Made by a program: the position numbers and the translations under genes
Source of the DNA: an uncultured Bacillota bacterium
Lineage (GTDB): Bacteria; Sysuimicrobiota; Sysuimicrobiia; Sysuimicrobiales; Segetimicrobiaceae
Direction of reading: 5' to 3'
Assembly: GCA_963804645.1 (NCBI GenBank)
Contig: CAWDRG010000015.1
Coordinates: 32,001-96,000, forward strand
Length of the DNA stretch: 64,000 bases
Part shown: positions 39,898 through 49,225 of the stretch, in pieces
How the letters are laid out: each line of letters opens with the position of its first letter
How positions within the stretch are numbered: the stretch's first letter is position 1
Notes under the pieces: model-generated
Databases searched by the model: none
What the model was told of the DNA's origin: nothing
Seen by the model: the letters and a program-made list of their open reading frames with translations, nothing else

Positions 39898-40102
39898 CGC
39901 CCCGCGGTTCACCGGGGCCGATGCGTACCGCACGGTGGTCAGCGTGCTCATGGTGGCGCTCGGCGTGGTCATCTTGGCGCGGACGCTGCCGCTCGGCTTC
40001 CACGTGACCGCGTTCCTCGTCGGCGCCTGCTTCATCGGGCTGGGGGCGTACCGGCTGTCGTTCGTCGTCCGGTACCTCACGCGTGGGCGCGGACCGGCGT
40101 GA
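39890..40102 (+). CDS. small 2-TM membrane protein
   Basis: overlaps both neighbours; two hydrophobic helices. Confidence 0.65.
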   Translation: MGDAPRFTGADAYRTVVSVLMVALGVVILARTLPLGFHVTAFLVGACFIGLGAYRLSFVVRYLTRGRGPA

Positions 40103-40746
40103 GCGGCGTGGTGCAGATCAGCGTGGTCGGGGCGGTGCTCGCCGCCGTGTTCGCGGCGGCGCTCCTCGCCCTGCTGCTGTGGATGCTGCGGGTGCCGCGG
40201 CCCGTCTCGGCCGAGGTCGCGCGCGCCGTCCGCTCGGTGGGCGCGGCCCGGACGATCCTCGTGCCGATCCTCGAGGCGTACTACTCGGAGCGCGCCGTGG
40301 AGCTCGCGAGCCGGCTCGGCCAGGGGCAGAAGGCGGCGATCCTGTTGGGGTACGTCGTCGTCGTGCCGCGGACGCTGTCGCTCGGCGTGCCGCTGCCTGA
40401 GGTCGAGGAACAGGCGGCCCGCGCCCTCGAGCGCGCGAAGTCGATCGTGGAGATGCACGCGCTCCAGGCCGACACCGAGGTGATTCGGGCGCGCGACGCC
40501 GGTGAGGGGATCGCCCGCGCCGCCCGGGACAACGACGTCGACGTGATCGTGCTCGGGATCTCGCCGGGATCCGGGCTCGCCGAGGGCACGACGGCGCGCG
40601 TCGCCGAATCGTTGCTCCGCCAGGCGCCGTGCGAAGTAATTATCGACCGTCTCGCCGAAACCAGCATCGGGGCGGGCGTGCGCGGGCCTGAGACGTCCGG
40701 GGCGTCGGCGGGATCCGACGGGCGAGACGCGCCGCACGCGGGGTGA
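40099..40746 (+). CDS. membrane-anchored universal stress protein
   Basis: N-terminal TM helix; ILVP..SERAVELA, DVIVLG, LLRQAPCEVII. Confidence 0.85.
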   Translation: MSGVVQISVVGAVLAAVFAAALLALLLWMLRVPRPVSAEVARAVRSVGAARTILVPILEAYYSERAVELASRLGQGQKAAILLGYVVVVPRTLSLGVPLPEVEEQAARALERAKSIVEMHALQADTEVIRARDAGEGIARAARDNDVDVIVLGISPGSGLAEGTTARVAESLLRQAPCEVIIDRLAETSIGAGVRGPETSGASAGSDGRDAPHAG

Positions 40747-40901
40747 ACGGCCCGGGGCGCGCCCCGGACGCGTGGGCCGGATGGGCCTTCCGAGTTTAGA
40801 TCGACACGGGCGTCGTATTATATACTGAGAAGGGTCTTCCGAGGTGGCCTGTCAGGGGCGTCTGATCGAGCAACACGAAGGCGCGAAGGGGGCACGGGCC
40901 G

Positions 40902-41402
40902 ATGCATGTGGTGATCTTAGGATGCGGGCGGGTGGGTGCGACCCTCGCGACGGCGCTCGTGGCCGGGGGGCACTCGGTGGCGGTGATCGACCGGGACAGC
41001 GAGGCGTTCCGCCGGCTCGGCCGCGACTTTCCCGGGAAGACCATTCTCGGGATCGGGATCGATGAGGACGTGCTCCGGAAGGCCGGGATCGAGCGCGCGG
41101 GAGGGTTCGCCGCGACGACGAACGGCGACAACACGAACATCATGTCCGCCCAGATGGTGAAGGTGAGGTTCCGGGTGCCGCGGGTCATCGCCCGGATCTA
41201 CGATCCGCTTCGGGCGGAGGTGTACCAGGAGCTCGGCATCGACACGATGAGCACGACGCTGATCGGGGCGGGCATGTGCCGGGACTTCATCCTCGGGGTG
41301 CCGTTCCACAGCATCGAGGAGTATCAGGCGGGGGTGCCGGGGAGCCCGACCGACGCGCCGCCCCAGAGCCCGACGGGCGCGGTTTCCGAGAGGAGCCGGT
41401 GA
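40902..41402 (+). CDS. TrkA-family RCK_N protein (no RCK_C)
   Basis: ILGCGRVG, VIDRD, AGIERA, TNGDNTN, IARIYDP. Confidence 0.9.
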   Translation: MHVVILGCGRVGATLATALVAGGHSVAVIDRDSEAFRRLGRDFPGKTILGIGIDEDVLRKAGIERAGGFAATTNGDNTNIMSAQMVKVRFRVPRVIARIYDPLRAEVYQELGIDTMSTTLIGAGMCRDFILGVPFHSIEEYQAGVPGSPTDAPPQSPTGAVSERSR

Positions 41403-41403
41403 C

Positions 41404-42078
41404 ATGTACATCATCGTCGCAGGCGCGGGGAAAGTCGGGTACTACCTGACCAAGGCGCTCCGGGCCGCCGGGCAGGAAGTGACGTTGATCGAGAAGCTGC
41501 GCAAGCGGTACGACCTCCTCGTCGAAACGTTCGGCGATTCGGTGATCCTGGGGGATGCGTGTGAAGTGTCGACGCTCGAGCTGGCCGGCGCCGCGCGCGC
41601 GGATCTCGTCGCGGCGGTCACCGGTGACGACGAGGACAATCTGGTGATCTGCCAGATGGCCAAGCGCAAGTTCAAGGTGAAGCGCGTCATCGCCCGGATC
41701 AACAACCCGAAGAACGAGGTCACCTTCAACCTGCTGGGGGTCGACGAGACGGTGAGTTCGACCAAGCTGATTTACAGCCTGATCGAGCAGGAGGTCGAGA
41801 TCGCCGACGTGATCCCCATCACCGCGCTGCGGCGGGGTCATCTGGAGCTCGTCGAGGTGACGCTGACGGCCGAGTCCCCGGCGGCGAACCGCCGAGTCCG
41901 GGACCTCGCGCTGCCGCCCAACTGCATGCTGGCGATCCTGGTGCGCGGCGAGACCGCGGAGATCATCGACGGGAATACGGTGCTGCTCCCCGGGGATCTG
42001 ATCGTGGCGATCACACCGGCCTCGTGCGTGCAGGCGCTGAGCGAGGCGCTGCACAGCGGCGGCGTGCCGGCCCGCTGA
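41404..42078 (+). CDS. trkA: TrkA-family RCK_N + RCK_C protein
   Basis: AGAGKVG, GDAC, TGDDEDNL, ARINNPKN, RCK_C domain. Confidence 0.9.
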   Translation: MYIIVAGAGKVGYYLTKALRAAGQEVTLIEKLRKRYDLLVETFGDSVILGDACEVSTLELAGAARADLVAAVTGDDEDNLVICQMAKRKFKVKRVIARINNPKNEVTFNLLGVDETVSSTKLIYSLIEQEVEIADVIPITALRRGHLELVEVTLTAESPAANRRVRDLALPPNCMLAILVRGETAEIIDGNTVLLPGDLIVAITPASCVQALSEALHSGGVPAR

Positions 42079-42092
42079 CCCGGTCCCGCCCG

Positions 42093-42119
42093 GGAACCTT
42101 TTGCCCGTGCGCTCCGATA
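42093..42119 (+). promoter_or_regulatory. putative ECF sigma autoregulatory promoter
   Basis: GGAACCTTTT ... TCCGATA just upstream of the ECF sigma gene. Confidence 0.5.
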
Positions 42120-42151
42120 GAGAGGAGAGGCATCACCCAGGGGGCCGGGAG

Positions 42152-42769
42152 ATGGCTGAGTCCGTGTCTGTGTTTGGGGCGTTGCCGGGGGTGACGGGGG
42201 TCGCGCCCGGCGCGGAGGGAGACAGCGCCGCCCACCGCCTTGCCGCGTTCGAGGAGCTGTTGCAGCGCCATCTGCGCAGTATCTACCGCGTCGCGTACCG
42301 TCTCGCGGGGAACCACGACGACGCGGAGGATTTGGCCCAGGAAGCCCTCGTCGAGGCGTTCCGCGCATTCGATCGGTACCAGCCCGGCACGTACTTCGAC
42401 CGCTGGGTGTACCGGATCATGACGCGCACCCACATCGACCGGGTGCGGCATCGCGGGCGGCGCCCCGAGACGTCCCTCGACGCCCCAGTGGGCCCGAGCG
42501 GGGATTCGCTGACGGCGCTGATCGGCGACATCCGCGACGACCCCCAGCACCGGACCGAGACCGTGGATCTCGACGGGCCCGTGCAGGCGGCCCTCGACAG
42601 CCTGCCCGAGGAGTTCCGGGCGGTCATCGTGCTTGCGGACATTGAGGGCTTATCGTATGATGAAATCGCTGTCAGCGTCGGTCGTCCGATCGGCACCGTG
42701 CGGTCGCGACTGCATCGTGCCCGAGATATGCTCCGGCGGGCACTGCCCCAATTGGTGAGAAGGAGCTGA
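42152..42769 (+). CDS. ECF RNA polymerase sigma factor
   Basis: DAEDLAQE, WVYRI (region 2); LPEEFRAVIVLADIEGLSYDEIA..GTVRSRLHRAR (region 4). Confidence 0.93.
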   Translation: MAESVSVFGALPGVTGVAPGAEGDSAAHRLAAFEELLQRHLRSIYRVAYRLAGNHDDAEDLAQEALVEAFRAFDRYQPGTYFDRWVYRIMTRTHIDRVRHRGRRPETSLDAPVGPSGDSLTALIGDIRDDPQHRTETVDLDGPVQAALDSLPEEFRAVIVLADIEGLSYDEIAVSVGRPIGTVRSRLHRARDMLRRALPQLVRRS

Positions 42770-42771
42770 GG

Positions 42772-43242
42772 GTGAGCGCGCACGTCATGGACCGCCTCTC
42801 CGCCTATCTCGACGGCGCCCTCGGCGCCGACGAGCTGGGGCGCGTCGAAGCGCACCTGGAGACGTGCGGCGGCTGCCTCCGCGAATACCAGGAGCTCCGG
42901 TCGCTGCAGCAGCTGCTGCGCGGGCTGCCGGAACCGTCGGCGGCCGAGGGCTTCGGCGAGCGGCTCCACTGGCGGCTGCAGCGCGAGGCGGCGCGGCCGG
43001 CGGCGCGAAGCTGGGTGTCGTGGCTGCGGGGCCGCCCGCTGCGCTTCGCGCTCGCCTGCGCCACCGTGCTGATGATCCTGGCGCTGCCGGCCGGCCACAT
43101 GATGACCCGCGAGACGCCTCTCGATGCGGATGCCTACCTGCGCGAGTACCTGATCCTGTCCGTCGACCAGCCGTTTGGCGACGAGACCGGCGCCACGATC
43201 GCGACCTCGGTTCCACCTTCGCTGGAGTCGCCGCGCCGATAG
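42772..43242 (+). CDS. zinc-finger (ZAS) anti-sigma factor with TM helix
   Basis: LSAYLDG, HxxxCxxC (HLETCGGC), one TM helix. Confidence 0.9.
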   Translation: MSAHVMDRLSAYLDGALGADELGRVEAHLETCGGCLREYQELRSLQQLLRGLPEPSAAEGFGERLHWRLQREAARPAARSWVSWLRGRPLRFALACATVLMILALPAGHMMTRETPLDADAYLREYLILSVDQPFGDETGATIATSVPPSLESPRR

Positions 43243-43244
43243 CC

Positions 43245-45695
43245 ATGGGTGCGTGGATCCGCCGTCCGGTTGCCTGCCTGGCGATCGGCGTGCTGGGGTG
43301 GGCTGTGCTTGCCGCCGCCCTGGTGCCGACTCCTGCGTGGCCGCAGCCTGTCGAAGGGGACGCGCTGCAGTGGCTGCGCTCGGCGGCCGCCGCCATGAGC
43401 CGGGTCAGCTACGAGGGGACCCGGACCGTGACGGTGTGGGCGGCGGGCGTGACCGCGCTCCAGCTCCACGAGTACCACGAGGCGCCGGACCGGACGCGGC
43501 TCGAGTACCAGGCGGCCGGCGACCAGCCGGAGCGCATCGTGGTGATCTCGGGGACTACGCAGACGACGTACATCCCGTCGCGCAACGAGGTGATCCGGGC
43601 GCCGGCCCCGCAGGCGCAGGTCCAGGCCCCGGTGCAGCAGCTGCTGCCGCAGCTCGCCCGAAACTACGACGTCCGGTTTGACGGCACCGACGAGGTCGCG
43701 GGCCGGCGGACGCGGATCATCGACGTCCAGAGCCGGTTTCCGAACCGGCCTCATCTCCGTGTCTGGGTCGATGAGAAGACGCGCCTCATCCTCCGCTTCG
43801 AGCGCTACGGCCCCGACAACACCCTGCGGCAGGCGTCGGCGTTCATCGCGATCACGATCAACCCGCCGTTCGCCGCGGGGCTGTTTGACATCGCGCCCGC
43901 GCTCGGCACCCAGGTCCAGACGCAGCAGCCCGCCGAGAAACTGACGATCGAGGAGATCGCGGCGCGTGTCGGGTTCATCCCGCAGCTGCCGTCGTACCTG
44001 CCGTCGGGCTACAAGATCGTCGGCTCGCGCGTCGTGGACGTGCACGGCGTGCCGACGGTGGCATTCCAGTTCTTCGACGGCGTCGCGAATCTGACGCTGT
44101 TCGAAAGCCACGGCGCCGAGGGCGCGCCCCCGAACTCACAGCCCGTCGAGGTCGGGACGGTGCCCGGCACCGTCCTCGCCCGCGGCGGCAACAGCGTGCT
44201 GCACTGGAACGCCAACGGGGTGTCGTTCACCCTCGTCGGGGAGAGCCTCTCGGCCCAAGAGATGGTCCGGGTCGGCAGCTCGGTGCCCCCCGCGAGCGGC
44301 GGGCAGGCGCCGACGGGATGGCGGATGCGGGCGCGCGCGTGGCTGGCGGCGCTCGTCCGGCCGCCCGCCGCGGAGGCGGCGCCGCGGAGCACGCCGGCGG
44401 CCGCGGCGCCCGCGGTGCCGCCCGTGCCGCTGTCCCCCTACATGACAAACGACACCCACGTGATCGGCCCCGGCATCGTGGCGGAGGAGCGGGCGGTCTG
44501 GCGCGTGCTCGTCGCGCGGCGTCTCTCGCCGATCGTCGTGAAGGTCACGATCGCCAGCGACGGCGTCACGAAGACCCCCGACGGCCGGCTGGCCCGCCTC
44601 GCCTGGGTGTGGTTCGTCTACGGCATGGACTGGACCGGCGGCGCCGCGGCCGCGGTGCGGGAGGTGCAGGCGAGCGGGTACGCGCTCGGCGCGGCGGCGT
44701 TCGCGGGAGACTCCCGGGTCACGCGCGTGCTGCTGACCGGGTACTATCAGGAGTCGGGGCGCTTCGACGGGCGGCGCACGGACGCCACGTTCACGGCCCA
44801 GCTGTTCCGCGACCGCTTTCGGGGCGAACGCCCGGGCGTGGCGCCGGGCGCGGGGCTCGCCGCCGCGGGCGACGCGTGGTACGCTCCCGCGCTGCGCGCC
44901 GGCGACCTGATCGAGCAGCAGTACGAGATCCACGATCCGCACATGCCGCTCAGCGAGCGGCTGCAGCGGCACCTGCCGCCCCCTCCGGGCGACCGCACCG
45001 CCGAGTCCGCGGAAAACTTCCACGGCGGCCTCGTGGCGCTCGTCTACGAGATCAAGGCCCGGATGCAGAGCCTGCTGTTCGGGGGCGAGAGCCAGGGGCG
45101 GCTGTGGCGGGGCAACCCGCGGCTGCGGGATGTCGCGCTGACGTTCGACGACGGCCCGAGCCCGCTGACGACGCCGCTGCTCCTCTCGATCCTTCAGCGG
45201 TACGGCGCCCACGGCACGTTCTTCGTCATCGGCGAACACGCGCAAGCCTACCCGTATTTTCTCGCCGAGATGGCCGCGGACGGGGATGAGATCGGCGACC
45301 ATACCTACCACCACCCGAACCTGTCGTCGCTCGACGATGCCACGGTCGGCGCGGAGATCGATGCGGGCGCCGCGGTGATTCACGCGGCGGTGCCCGGCGC
45401 GCGCCTGGTGTGGTTCCGCCCGCCCGGCGGCGATTACACGACGGCCGTCGTGGCGGCCGCCCACCGCGTGGGGCTGGGACTCGCGATGTGGACGGAGAAT
45501 TCGGGGGATTGGATGCTGCCGCCGGCGAACATCGTGGCGCAGCGCGTGATGGCGCGTGCGGAGCCCGGGGCGGTGATCCTCCTGCACAACGGGACGCTGA
45601 ACACCGTCCGGGCGCTGCCGGATATCATTGTCAATTTGCAGCGGCGGGGATACCGGCTCGTGACCCTCTCGCAGCTGGCGCAGGACTCGGAGTAG
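43245..45695 (+). CDS. RseB/MucB-like + DUF4367-like + unknown domain + NodB polysaccharide deacetylase fusion (816 aa)
   Basis: signal peptide; SYEGT, EYHEAPDRTRLEY, LARNYDV, VAGRRT, VWVDEKTRLILR; LPSYLPSGY, DGVANLTLFE, LHW..SFTLVG; LTFDDGP, HTYHHP, FRPPGG, DW, ILLHN. Confidence 0.82.
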   Translation: MGAWIRRPVACLAIGVLGWAVLAAALVPTPAWPQPVEGDALQWLRSAAAAMSRVSYEGTRTVTVWAAGVTALQLHEYHEAPDRTRLEYQAAGDQPERIVVISGTTQTTYIPSRNEVIRAPAPQAQVQAPVQQLLPQLARNYDVRFDGTDEVAGRRTRIIDVQSRFPNRPHLRVWVDEKTRLILRFERYGPDNTLRQASAFIAITINPPFAAGLFDIAPALGTQVQTQQPAEKLTIEEIAARVGFIPQLPSYLPSGYKIVGSRVVDVHGVPTVAFQFFDGVANLTLFESHGAEGAPPNSQPVEVGTVPGTVLARGGNSVLHWNANGVSFTLVGESLSAQEMVRVGSSVPPASGGQAPTGWRMRARAWLAALVRPPAAEAAPRSTPAAAAPAVPPVPLSPYMTNDTHVIGPGIVAEERAVWRVLVARRLSPIVVKVTIASDGVTKTPDGRLARLAWVWFVYGMDWTGGAAAAVREVQASGYALGAAAFAGDSRVTRVLLTGYYQESGRFDGRRTDATFTAQLFRDRFRGERPGVAPGAGLAAAGDAWYAPALRAGDLIEQQYEIHDPHMPLSERLQRHLPPPPGDRTAESAENFHGGLVALVYEIKARMQSLLFGGESQGRLWRGNPRLRDVALTFDDGPSPLTTPLLLSILQRYGAHGTFFVIGEHAQAYPYFLAEMAADGDEIGDHTYHHPNLSSLDDATVGAEIDAGAAVIHAAVPGARLVWFRPPGGDYTTAVVAAAHRVGLGLAMWTENSGDWMLPPANIVAQRVMARAEPGAVILLHNGTLNTVRALPDIIVNLQRRGYRLVTLSQLAQDSE

Positions 45696-45697
45696 CG

Positions 45698-46441
45698 ATG
45701 GCGACGCACGACCGGGAAATGACCCTGCTCGAGCACCTGGACGAGCTGCGCGTCCGGCTGACGCGCGCGGTTCTCGGGCTGCTCGTCGCGACCATGGCCG
45801 GATTGATCTTCGTCGACCGGCTGCTGGTGCTGCTGCTGCACCCGCTCGGCGGGATCAGGCTGACGACCCTAACCGTGCTCGAGCCGTTTCTCGTCAAGAT
45901 GAAGATCTCGTTCCTGTTTGGCATCATCTTCAGCATGCCGTGGGTCGTCTACCAGCTGTTCGCGTTCATCAACCCGGCGCTTACCGAGCACGAGCGGCGC
46001 AAGACCGTGCCGATCGCGCTGCTCGCCGGCGCGCTGTTCGCCTGCGGCGTCGTCTTCGCCTACGAATTCGTCATGCCAATCAGCACGCACTGGCTGCTGG
46101 CCCAGGCGGGCGGGCAGTTCAACGTGCTGATCACCGCCAATTCGTACATCACCTACGTCTTGTTTTTTCTGGCGATTGTAGGCGCGACGTTCGAGACGCC
46201 GCTGCTGATCCTCGGGCTCGCGATGCTCGGGCTCGTCACTCCCCAAACGCTGCGGAAGGAGTGGCGGATCGCCTACCTGATCGCCGCCGCGATCGCCGTG
46301 CTCGGGACCCCCGACTGGAGCCCGGTCACGATGGGCCTGGTGTTCGTCCCCATGATCCTGCTCTACCACTTCAGCATCCTGCTGTGCCGGATCTTCATCC
46401 GGCCGCCGCGGCCCGAGCCCGTCACCTCCGTGGGGGTCTAG
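45698..46441 (+). CDS. tatC: twin-arginine translocase subunit TatC
   Basis: MTLLEHLDELRVRL, YQLFAFINPALTEHE, FETP, TPD. Confidence 0.93.
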   Translation: MATHDREMTLLEHLDELRVRLTRAVLGLLVATMAGLIFVDRLLVLLLHPLGGIRLTTLTVLEPFLVKMKISFLFGIIFSMPWVVYQLFAFINPALTEHERRKTVPIALLAGALFACGVVFAYEFVMPISTHWLLAQAGGQFNVLITANSYITYVLFFLAIVGATFETPLLILGLAMLGLVTPQTLRKEWRIAYLIAAAIAVLGTPDWSPVTMGLVFVPMILLYHFSILLCRIFIRPPRPEPVTSVGV

Positions 46442-46524
46442 CGGGCCGGCGCCGCCGGGGAATCCCGTCCCAAGACCCCGTTCCGGGACACCCCGGAACA
46501 ATTGCGACGCATTCGCCGTGTTTC

Positions 46525-46533
46525 TGTTATAAT
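46525..46533 (+). promoter_or_regulatory. extended -10 promoter (near-leaderless transcript)
   Basis: TGTTATAAT, 11 nt before GTG 46545; hairpin GTTCCGGG-ACAC-CCCGGAAC at 46480-46499 upstream. Confidence 0.55.
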
Positions 46534-46544
46534 GTCGCACGATA

Positions 46545-48076
46545 GTGTTCACGACCCGTCGACCCTCTGCGAACCGCCTCCGCAGCGCCGCGGCCCTTTG
46601 CCTCGCGGCAGCGTGCGCGCTGATTCCGAGCGGGTGGAGCGCGGCCAACGTTGTCCCGCGGTCGATCGCGGTGGACTGCACGATCTCCGTCCCGGTGTAC
46701 GTCGCGGGCGCCACTCCCTCGGGCGTCGCCGCGGCCGTGAGCGCCGCCCGGATCGGTGAGCCCGTGCTCGTCACCGAGGAGCGTCCCTACCCGGGCGGCG
46801 ATCTGACCGGCCCGATGCTCAACATGTTCGACATGGACTACGGGCCGAACGACGAGCAGCTCGCGCAGGGCGTGTTCACGGACATCTACCGCCGGCTGGG
46901 GCTGACGTTTGACGTGGAGTACGCGAAGCGCGTGTTCCGCGGGGAGCTGCACCGGGAGCCGCTGATCACGACGCAGTACTACGAGCGGCCCGTCGCGGTG
47001 TCGATGGACGGCGAGCGGGTCAAAGAGGTCGTGCTCGAGAACACGCTGACGCACGTCCAGGAGACGGTGTGCGCGAAGCGGGTCGTGGACGCGACGGACG
47101 ACGCGGACATCGCCGCGATGGCGGGCGTGCCGTACACGCTCGGCCGCGAGTCGTCCGGCATCGACCGGTCGATGATGTCCGCCACGCTGATGTTCGAGCT
47201 CGGCGGCGTGCAGTGGCACCAGGTGGTGGCATACGTTACCGGCGTGCGGCGGCACCAGCGGATCGGCGCGGCCGGCAGCTACCACGGCAACGTGTGGGGC
47301 TATGCCGCGCTCATGCAGGAGTATCATCCCACGCGGCCGGACGTCGCGATCTACGACCTCAACCTCGGCCTGCAGGACGACGGGTCCGTGCTGGTCAACG
47401 GCCTGCTGCTGTTTGGCGTCGACGGTACGGATCCCGCGTCGGTGGCGCGCGCGATGCGCCACGGCCGCGACGAGCTCACCCCGCTGGTGGAGTACCTGCG
47501 GGAGATGGCGCCCGGATTCGACCACGCGTACCTCATCCGCCCGGCGGACTACCTCTACATTCGAGAGACGCGGCACATGCGTGGCCTCTACACGTTGGGC
47601 CTGCCAGGATCTTGTCGCGGGCCGGGTCTTCTGGGACGCGGTCGGGGTGGCGAGTTACCCGATCGACCTGCATCCGTACCGTCCCGGGGAGTTCAGCCCG
47701 TTCGCGGCGCGTCGGTACTTTTACACCATCCCGCTCCGCGCCCTCGTGCCGTACGGCGTCAGCAACCTGCTGATCGCGAGCCGCGTCGATCTCGGCGACC
47801 TACGAGGCGGCGGGCTCGGCGCGCGTCGTGCCGACGACGATGGAAGAGGGGCAGGCCGCCGGTGCGGCCGCGGTGATCTCGATTCTGAACAAGGTGTCGG
47901 TTCCGCAGATGACCGAGCAGCCGGATCTCGTGCACGCCCTCCAGGCCGCGCTGCACGACCAGGGCGCGTACTTGCTGCCCGAGACGCTCGCGGCGATCGG
48001 GCATCGACCCGACTCCTCGTCGACCGTCGGCGACCATCAACCGCCGGTCGCGGCGGCGCCCGCGTCCGGACACTGA
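46545..48076 (+). pseudogene. secreted FAD-dependent oxidoreductase with two +1 frameshifts (about 47600 and 47785)
   Basis: GATPSGVAAAVSAAR, VVDATDDADIAAMAG, YIRETRH; then YPIDLH..YTIPLRALVP..NLLIASR; then SISATYEAAGSARVVPTTMEEGQAAG in successive frames. Confidence 0.8.
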
Positions 48077-48119
48077 CCGTCCGGGCCGCGCACCCACGCC
48101 GCGGCCCGCGTGCAGGAGG

Positions 48120-48701
48120 ATGAGTGTGGCGGACACCACGCGTCTCCCGCCCGGCCAGACCCGCACCGAGAAGTGGCCCGTCCTGCACTACGGCGGCATT
48201 CCGAAGATCGATCTCGCGACGTGGGAGTTCACCGTCTCCGGCGAGGTGGAGGCGCCCGTGCGTTGGACGTGGGAGGAGTTCACGGCGCTGCCGCGCACGA
48301 CCGTGCCGTGCGATATTCACTGCGTCACCCAATGGTCCCGATTCGACAACCGCTTCGAAGGCGTGTCGTGCCGCGAGGTCCTGCGCCACGTGACGCCGCG
48401 CCCCGGGGCGGCGTTCGTCATGGTGCATTCCTACGGCGGGTACACGACGAACATCTCGCTCGACGCCCTGCTCGACGACGATACGCTGTTCGCGTTCTCG
48501 CACGACGGGCAGCCTCTGACCCCTGACCACGGGTGGCCGTGCCGCCTGGTTGTGCCGAAGCGGTACTTCTGGAAGAGCGCCAAGTGGGTCCACGGGATCG
48601 AACTGATGCTCCAGGACCGGCCTGGATTCTGGGAGCAGAACGGCTACAACATGCACGGGGACCCTTGGAAGGAGGAGCGGTTCTCGGACCCCTGGGGTTG
48701 A
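48120..48701 (+). CDS. molybdopterin-dependent sulfite-oxidase-like protein (YuiH family)
   Basis: RLPPGQ..KWPVLH, DIHCVTQWS, HGWPCRLVVP.RYFWKSAKW, GFWEQNGY. Confidence 0.92.
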   Translation: MSVADTTRLPPGQTRTEKWPVLHYGGIPKIDLATWEFTVSGEVEAPVRWTWEEFTALPRTTVPCDIHCVTQWSRFDNRFEGVSCREVLRHVTPRPGAAFVMVHSYGGYTTNISLDALLDDDTLFAFSHDGQPLTPDHGWPCRLVVPKRYFWKSAKWVHGIELMLQDRPGFWEQNGYNMHGDPWKEERFSDPWG

Positions 48702-48761
48702 GGCGCGCCGCGCCGCCCCTGCTGGCCGCGTGAGAGGAGGTGCGTGCGGGGGAGGCTGAGC

Positions 48762-49053
48762 ATGGAGCTGTTTATTTTCGGACGGTTTCACGCCAGTCCG
48801 GGCAAAGAGCGTGCTGTTGAGGAGGCGGTGCACTGCGGTAGTCGGGTCCCACCCGGGCGGAGGCCGGCTGTCTGCGCATTCACGCGTTTCGCTCGACCCG
48901 AGATGCGCGCCTGTTCTATATTCACTCGCGGTGGGCAGACGAGGACGCGTTCGAGCGACACGCCGCGCTGCCGCACACGGTGCGCTTCATCGAGCGCGTG
49001 GAGCCGCTGATCGACCACCCCTCGACGTGACGCGGACGACGTTGATCGGGTGA
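48762..49053 (+). pseudogene. antibiotic biosynthesis monooxygenase (ABM/YgiN-like) with three indels
   Basis: reconstructs across frames as MELFIFGRFHASPGKERAVEEAV/TAVVG/PTRAEAGCLRIHAFRS..YIHSRWADEDAFERHAALPHTVRF../LDVTRTTLIG. Confidence 0.75.
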
Positions 49054-49225
49054 CCTCGCGTCCGCGGCGCCCGTGCGCCCCCGCGCGGCGGTCGCCGCGC
49101 AGGAGACCCGCCGATCGCATCACGAAGCACCGTCCGATGGCCTCGTCCGTGATGACGGTCCGTGACAGGGCGCGCCGGCCTCCGATTCGCCGCAGAGGGG
49201 CGTCGGCGGGCGCGCGGGACCGCCG

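Noticed and set aside
42864..43244. N-terminal extension of the 943-aa ORF in the track
   Set aside because: Overlaps the anti-sigma gene; ATG 43245 gives a proper signal peptide
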